Source of the DNA: Octopus bimaculoides
Taxonomy: Eukaryota
Direction: 5' to 3'
NCBI RefSeq assembly: GCF_001194135.2
Contig: NC_068981.1
Location: 120,232,620 to 120,296,619, forward strand
DNA: 64,000 nt
Positions 56,201 through 64,000 of this stretch are shown here, piece by piece. Both the position numbers and the translations under genes were made by a program. Every line of letters begins with the position of its first letter. Positions within the stretch are counted from its first letter, which is position 1. Under the pieces are notes generated by a model, which made no database searches, was not told where the DNA came from, and saw nothing but the letters and a program-made list of their open reading frames with translations.

Positions 56201-56733
56201 CATTTAATGGATCTCTTCAGTTTGGCTCATAGATTTTTAGATTTATTTTTTTTAACTGAACAGTTTGAAACTTCATATACATTTGTAATTTCTCACACTG
56301 GACACAGTTTACTTTCAACATTTTTAACAAAATTTCATATTTTAGAAGTTATTTCGTGTTAGGTGATTTTAACCAATCAACGACGTGTATACAGCTGAAG
56401 AAATCTACTTATGTTTGCGATAGTAATTGAAGTGCAGCAACTTCTGGGTCATACACAGTTGAAGAATACATTTAGTAGAGATAACTTGGAAGTTGTTCTT
56501 CGATTACTATTGCAAACAGCAGTAGGTTTCTTCAGATGAATACTCATCATTGATTGGTTAAATCTACCCAAATATGACAATTTTAACATGAAATAATTTT
56601 GAAAATACAAAATTTTGTCAAAAATGTTGAAAATAAACTGTGTTCAGCGTGAGACATTACACCAGTATACAAAATTTCAAACTGTTTAGTTAAAAAAAAA
56701 CTGTGAGCCAAACTGAAGAGATCCCATTTAATG
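56201..56733. mobile_element. Long fold-back MITE (about 245-bp inverted arms)
   Basis: Arms 56201-56444 and 56489-56733; terminal match ggatctcttcagtttggctca.ag. Confidence 0.8.
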
Positions 56734-58400
56734 ATGAGAACAAGTTTAATTAAACAGAAGGGTCTGAGTATGATATAATGGCCCAGAAAGAATCATTGAG
56801 AGCAGACATTAAACAGGGATTGAACATGAATGATAAAACATGGCTTAGAGCAGGTGTTCACAAACCATTTTACATCTATGGACCCCTTTGATTACTATTC
56901 CTTTCTGGTGGACTCCCACCCAAATCTGTCTGGTGTTTAAAATCCAGTTTTATAGATACTTCTTTCAAAATTACTATTTTGTTTATCACACATTAACTCA
57001 TGTTAAGCTGAACTATGTGAAACATTTGAAAAACAAACTGAGCTGTTTCTTGTAATAAATACATCTAAAGTAACATTTTTTTTCATGGACACTTAAAATA
57101 CTTCTGTGGATCCTCAATTTACTGTTTTGCTTGTGTAGACCCCTCAAAATTCTCACACAAACGCCCAGGGGCCATGTGGACCCCAGCTGAGAACCACTGG
57201 CTTAGAGGAACCATGGAGGAAAAAAGAAGTTGAAGAGGTAGAGGGTATGGTTGGTGTCTTGGGTGTGGGATGGATGGACTGTTGTTGAAGGTGACAAAAT
57301 TCAGTCAAAGAATCTTGAAATGAGTTTAATAGGACAGTTGTTGACAGAAACCATGAATGTGATTTGGGATGTTGGTTGGTTTTATGGATCTTGAGAAAGC
57401 AGTAGATGCTGGAGGTCAGTGACATATGGATTCAAAGGTTGTTAGTACAACAAGAGAGAGGAAAAGATGACTTGGGGTACTGCAGTAGCAACAAGTTGTT
57501 GGTAATTTCAGTTAGAACATGATGTTACAGAGTAACTCAAAGTGACTTATGGACTCAAAGGTTGTTAATAGCATGAGAGAGAGCAAAAAGATGAATTGTG
57601 CATTGTGGTAGTAAAAAGTTGTTGGTTATTTGAGTTAGAACATTATGTTACTAAGTAACCCAAAGTAGCTTGACTTTGTAGAGGTCACTCTGCTACAACT
57701 TAACAGATGTGTTCTTGTTAGCTGGTTTAACAATGATGCTACACCAGTGTCAAAAACAATGGGTTCTAATTAGATGTTGATGCATCTTGGCCACTTTGGA
57801 AACTGAAGCAGTCTGCAATATGAATGGATCTAATATGTTCTTGAACTGGCATGAGATGGGTATCCAGCCAAGATTAGTAAAAGTGTCATTTGCGCTGGGC
57901 TCAGGTGCATGGTGTCAGTCCAAGTATGGAACTTATCTACAGTGTGGATTGAAAGGGCTAAAATGGAAACATTTATCCAGGATTGTTTTCAGTGATAGGT
58001 TAAGGGGTAGAAGCTAGAGACTCGAGTATGCAAAGATGCAATAGATACAGGGACAGTTAAGACTGGTCCAAAAGCTGTGGAGCTTGCAGGATTTAGCAAA
58101 TGGGAGGAGGTCAAATAAGCATCAGTTGAACTGATGAATGTTAAGAGCTATGGAAGGGGCAATAAGGGATAGTGCAAATAGAAGAAAGGAAACTAATGAG
58201 GGGGAGCTGCAAATAAGGGGTGCAGATGATGACACATGAATAGCCATGAGGAGTTGGTAACAATATGATCAGTAGAAGATACAGATTAGTTTGTGAAGAT
58301 GAAATCAGTAAGGGAACTATGTGAAATAAGGTAGACAGCAGATGAGGGATGGGATATGACTGGAGTAGTGGGTTTTGCTGATGCGAAGGGTGGAGAGATA
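56734..58400 (-). mobile_element. Highly degraded Penelope-like element, interrupted by the hAT MITE
   Basis: Reverse translation gives IYCFLKIHKTN (cf. PLE YxLPKIHK) and FIIHVQSLF (cf. FTMDVxSLY). Weak, by-eye match. Confidence 0.45.
56851..57199. mobile_element. hAT-type MITE with 8-bp TSD
   Basis: CAGG.GTTC...GAACCACTG ends; GCTTAGAG duplicated at 56843-56850 and 57200-57207; related copy at 62224-62476. Confidence 0.85.
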
Positions 58401-59332
58401 TGTGGAAGCCATCTAGAAGAAAGCATGTGCTTAAGAATTTTTTGAGATTAAGTGTAAATCATAGATAAAGAGTTGAAAGTTCTTAAAGTCAGGTCTCAGA
58501 AAGTTGATATAAAATATGGAATCTATAATCTGAGAAATTTTGTCATAGCTCTGTGTTAGCAACAGTAATTAAGAGAGGCAAATTTGTGAGAGAAAAAACA
58601 GCAGAAACATAACAAAAATGCAGCAATAATTGTTATTGCATTAATTCTTGATGGAAAAAATTGGTATCCATATTTGGAGCAAAAAAGGCAGTAAGCTGGC
58701 ATAATGATTAGCATGCTGGAGAAAATGCTTAGTGGCATTTTGTTTGTCTTTACGTTCTGAGTTTAAATTCCATTGAGGTCGATTTTGTTTTTCATCTTTT
58801 TGTAGTCAATAAAATAAATACCGGTTGAGGACTGGGGGTGATGTAATCAACTTACTCCAACCTGAAATTGCTGGCCTTGTACCAAGATTTGAAACCAATA
58901 TTTGGAGCAAAAAGCTCTTGTTCAAGATAAAGAAAAAAAAAAAAATTAAAAGAAGTTGAAGAAAGTTTTGTGTATGTTACTGATGGCTGGCAACGGCAGA
59001 ACAGAAGTAAAATATAATTCTGTTTATCTCCGTTTGCTTGACTGACAAAAGGCTCCACTGCTACTTGAGTTGTTTAGTATTAGACATAGTATCTAACCAC
59101 AAACCAAAAAACAATTGCTTCAATAACAAAGAGACCATATTACATGCAAGCTTGGAAAAAAATTAATGTAAAACAATAAAACAGGAGAAAAAAATAGCAA
59201 GAAATGAAATGTATTTGAGATTGAAGTTCTTTCTGTTGACCAGATGATCTCAAGTTCAACTAACAGTATCACATGTATTTTCAAGGTTGAAAGGTCATTT
59301 AATGTAACAATATACAAATCTAGTGCAGATGA

Positions 59333-59598
59333 TATTGTTGTTTTTATTGTCATTGTTTAACCCCAGGTCAGTCTTGGTTGAACAAATTTATGATTAAATG
59401 GGACATGGAACAGGTTCAGGTGAACATAATAGGTAAACAGCCTGCTTAAAAATGCAGGGTTATTGTTGTTTTTATTGTTATTGTTTAACCCCAGGTCAGT
59501 CTTGGTTGAACAGATTCATGATTAAATGGGACATGGAACAGGTTCAGGTGAACATAATAGGTAGACAGCCTGCTTAAAAATGCAGGGTTATTGTTGTT
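59333..59598 (+). repeat. Tandem duplication, period 128 bp
   Basis: Two units starting at 59333 and 59461, 4 mismatches. Confidence 0.9.
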
Positions 59599-60390
59599 GC
59601 TATTATGGGAGGGAGAGGAAACAGTGCATTTTTCAGTAATGGATTGTAGTATGTTGCTTTAATTGTAAACATTATCCTCTCTTGTCTTACATTAGATGTA
59701 GACTTTTTACAACTGTTACCAGCTTACTCTTGTCATTTTTAAGTATGACAATAATTCAAAATTGTTTATATGTGGTAACTTTACATTAAGGAGTGGAACA
59801 TACAATTTCCTGTAATTCAGACCGGCACATGGTCTTAGTAGATAAAATGGAAAAGGCATTGCCCCAGAAGAGGGGCATGCACTTGTGGATAGCCATCTCT
59901 GCCCTGATAGCAGAAGCAGGGATATGGCCTGGAGTCCAAGAACTCAGATGTCTCCACTGCCACAGATGGCAGGACAAATTCATAGGTTCAGCCATAAACC
60001 CATCAGAGTGTGACCAATATGTTGAAGTTTGCTTTTCTCGACCTGACAAGCAGTAGAGCCTAGGTTGGTAGCTGAACACTCCAAGTTGTCCAGATGAGGG
60101 GCCTTCTACCATGGAATGGGAAAATTGTCATACCATTAAACCTTTTACTGTCCCTTTGGTCTAGTCCTGCTGGCTCGAGTTGGGAAGGGAAGCCTGTGGC
60201 ATCTAGACCATGCTTTATAAACTAATTTTGACAAGATCATCTCACCATTGAGGCCTAAAGATGACCATGGTTTTGTTTGTAGTTTCTACAAGTCTTGATG
60301 GTTATACTCGCATAACTCCATCTTTTGCCTATCATTTATTACTCATCTGGTGATAAATAACAGATGAATAAGGCTTTGCTTACTCTCAAA

Positions 60391-60944
60391 TATAGGGTGG
60401 GGCAGAGAGGATGGACGTTTTTGAAATGGTTATTACTCAGACCTAGGGGGAGGGACATATGTCTGACAGGCACCATTTGGTCCGTAGTGTCTTGGCATTT
60501 TTTTCTTTGCGGGTGAAACCATGGTGCTGTGGACAATAGAGCATCGCATGTTTACCTACAACAGTTATGTGAAGAATAATGAGTCTGTCACAGCAGTTCA
60601 GTATGAGTTTCGGCACCACTTCAACATTCACCGAAATCAGGCTGTTCCCACCTGTAACACAATCTTATGTTGGGTGAATGCAATTCACACATGAGATACA
60701 CTAATGAATAGACTGGCATGGGTGCCACGGATGGTATGGACCTCGGAAAATGTAGAATGCATCAGACAAGTTTTCAGAAATGCATCAAGGAAAACGGACA
60801 CCACATGATGGATGTTGTTTTCCACACTTGATTTTGACAAAAGCTAATTCAATACGAACACATTGGTGTCAATAAAATTTGTTGGCAACTAAAATTAATG
60901 ATTTTGTGAATTTTTCAAAGATATCTATCCTCTCTGCCCCCTGT
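60391..60944 (+). mobile_element. Internally deleted Tc1/mariner-type element (DUF4817-like HTH)
   Basis: TIRs ggggcagagaggat.ga..t.tttgaaa at both ends; MVLWTIEHR.F...Y.KN..SVTAVQ..FR.HFNI.R...VP..NTI..WV from 60521. Confidence 0.7.
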
Positions 60945-61552
60945 TGTTTATTCTCTTGTTTGTAATGAGAATGGATGGGTGCTGCAGTGTGTAACATTGT
61001 CATTGATATATGAATAATAAACCAATGATCCATTGTTACTGCTTGTATGTGGTTGCTTAAATTACTAGAAATTGCCACCAACTATCCTTCAAATTATACC
61101 CTACCATCTTTAAAAAAAGAGGTCATTGGAAATAATGTAGTTCTAGACACAAAATGCTGATTAAATGGAGATGGTCACAGTTAGAAAGCATTTGATAAGA
61201 GGTCTACATGTTCAAACCAAGGAAGATCCTCTGCATGGTTGTTTGAACTTTCAGAAACAGCAGTCAAATCTCCCTCAAATCACACTTTGCCTTCTTATAA
61301 AAGAAGGGCACATGGGATAATTTAGACAGATTGGTCATGGCTGAAACTCTTGAACAGAACTGACCAGGGGTTAAACAACTATTTAGTGTTAGGCTAAGCT
61401 AACAAGTAAGCCTCTAAGTATTTGTGCAACCTTCTAGAAATAGTAGCTAAATTTCCCTCAGCTCATGCCTTACTGTGTTAAATATATAAAAGGGACATGT
61501 ATGTAAAAATGTTGTAAAAAAAGATGGGATGGTCATATCTAAAATGCTTTGC

Positions 61553-61825
61553 AGGTGTGGCTGTGTGGTAAGAAACTTGCTTCCCAACCACATGGTTGCA
61601 AGTGTCTTCTACTAAAGCCTTGGGCTAACTAAAGCCTTGGGCTGACTAAAGCCTTGTGAGTGGATTTGGTTGACAGAAACTGAGAGAAACTCATTGTATA
61701 CATACACACACACACATATATATATATATATAAGTTCCAAAAAAGGAAAAAGACAAAAACAACAACAAAAAGCAATGTGAGGACGTGATACAGATTGTGT
61801 TACAAGTCGCTCGGGAAAGGAAAGA

Positions 61826-61882
<57 letters not shown>

Positions 61883-62105
61883 TATTTTATGTGAGTGTGT
61901 CTTTGTGTCTGTCCTCCCATCATCATTTGACAACTGATGTTCGTGTGTTTACAATCCCTTAACTTAGCAGTTCGGCAAAAGACACTGATAGAATAAGTAC
62001 TAGGCTTACAAAGAATAAGTCCTGGGCTCAATTTCTTCAACTAAAAAAACTATTTAAGGCAGTGCTCCAGCATGACCACAGTCAAATGACTGAAACAAAA
62101 GAACA
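61553..62105 (+). mobile_element. SINE family A with an unrelated insert in its (TA)n
   Basis: Head and tail present; a non-SINE segment at about 61733-61830 is flanked by (TA)n. Confidence 0.75.
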
Positions 62106-62223
62106 GAAGTTGGTCAACTTGATTGTGGTTGACCTAGGGTTGAACAAGAACTTTGAACTACCTGGATCCAGTGATTGGATATTAAGTGTCCTAACCATGG
62201 TCACAATGAAGTACCAGCTACAG

Positions 62224-62476
62224 CAGTGGTTCTCAACCAGGGTCCATAGGGCCCTTGGGTGCAGGTCGGGGTGGTGGTGGTTTCATATAAGATTTTACTG
62301 TTAAAAATTTACCTGCAATAAATTAGTTACACTTCTACAATACACTTTAACACAATCCCTGATAATATTTAATTATAAAAATATTTGATGTTTTTAATCA
62401 TTGAATGACTAGAAGGGTCCATTGTAATAAAATAGGAATCAAAGGGTCCATAGGAAAAAAATGGTTGAGAAACATG
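62224..62476. mobile_element. hAT-type MITE
   Basis: cagtggttctcaacc...ggttgagaaacatg; TSD not recognisable. Confidence 0.65.
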
Positions 62477-63379
62477 GAGTTAAAGTCTCTGAACAGCTAA
62501 TCCCTCAAATGGGTGTCTGATACATTCTAAACATTGGCTGTTTTCTCCCTCTCATTCTCTCCTTTTCTCTATCACTTCTTGAAGGTTGATAAAATGTCTA
62601 CTACACTAGATTGGTGACAGAATGGAAGATATAACATAATGATACACCAAATTGAATAAATTTTGTGAAAGTAGTCTGGTGAACTGTGGCTTTAAATGAT
62701 AACAGAATTTCTGTGTTTGGGTTACACACCTGTAATTGATTGGTGTACCATCTAAAAGCAAAGCTTGTTTCTCTTACTTTCTTAATGCTATAGAATCTAG
62801 AATAAACTCAACTTGATTTATGTGAAATATTGATATCTAACATAGGCACAAAGCCACATGGCTCTGTGCCTATGTTAGAAAATCAATATTTCACATAAAT
62901 CAAATGCAGTCTATTTTATCCAAAATTCTACAACGTTAACCATGGGAGAGAAACACATTTAGCCAGTATATAGCATGCCAGTCAGTTTGCGTAAAATATT
63001 TATATTGATTATGGTCTTCATGAAATAGTAGAAGTATTGTCAATTGAAATGACAGTAATTTATACTGGGATATAGTTCTGCTACTTCGTCACCTATTTAC
63101 ATAATTATGATAAATTAGATAATGTACATGGCATATGAGGAGTTAAGGTTCTTGACTTTTGACCTAACTGCAAGGTCAAACTGTCTTATATGTACATTAA
63201 CCTTTATTAATAATTAACTAACCTGCTTCAAACTATTTGTAATACCTTGTTATTAGCATAATATCTGAATCATTTTCCTGAGTGTCAAACTAATACACCT
63301 TGTTTATTATTCCCTCGCCTGTCTCTGCTTTTTGTTTTTTTTTTGTTTTTTGTATAATTTTAAACTATATAACTATATG

Positions 63380-63912
<533 letters not shown>

Positions 63913-64000
63913 ATGGTTTCTTATTATGAAACCAATAGATTTTATACAGGGCTGCAAGGAGAAATCATCATCATCATCATCATCGTTTAACGTCCGCTTT

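Noticed and set aside
57428-57672. Diverged ~121-bp tandem pair
   Set aside because: It lies inside the degraded Penelope-like remnant, with no independent significance evident.
59780-60300. GC-richer segment with short ORFs (also 2925-3290)
   Set aside because: No recognisable motif or splice pattern; probably decayed retroelement, but this cannot be supported by eye.

Overview
AT-rich, repeat-dense eukaryotic DNA from a gapped draft assembly. The SINE and RTE-tail families point to an octopus (possibly Octopus bimaculoides); this is inference. Three spliced genes can be fully phased from the sequence. (1) The 3' eight exons of a GH35 lysosomal beta-galactosidase (GLB1, + strand, 2082-20550). 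(2) A complete INO80C/IES6 gene (- strand, 5 coding exons, 26692-33870, 173 aa). (3) A complete METTL5 18S rRNA m6A methyltransferase gene (+ strand, 5 coding exons, 37877-55734, 220 aa), head-to-head with INO80C. Introns and intergenic DNA are mostly tRNA-derived SINEs, RTE LINE tails and fragments, mariner/Tc1, hAT and piggyBac-type MITEs, Penelope-like remnants and microsatellites. The most unusual observations are these: a tRNA-headed element carrying a minimal hammerhead-ribozyme-like motif in a Penelope-style head-to-head inversion; a 125-bp duplication of the METTL5 stop codon and poly(A) signal around a SINE; long fold-backs on both sides of the METTL5 last exon; and a divergent GLB1 substrate loop whose two human-disease-equivalent residues could be reverted by A-to-I editing.
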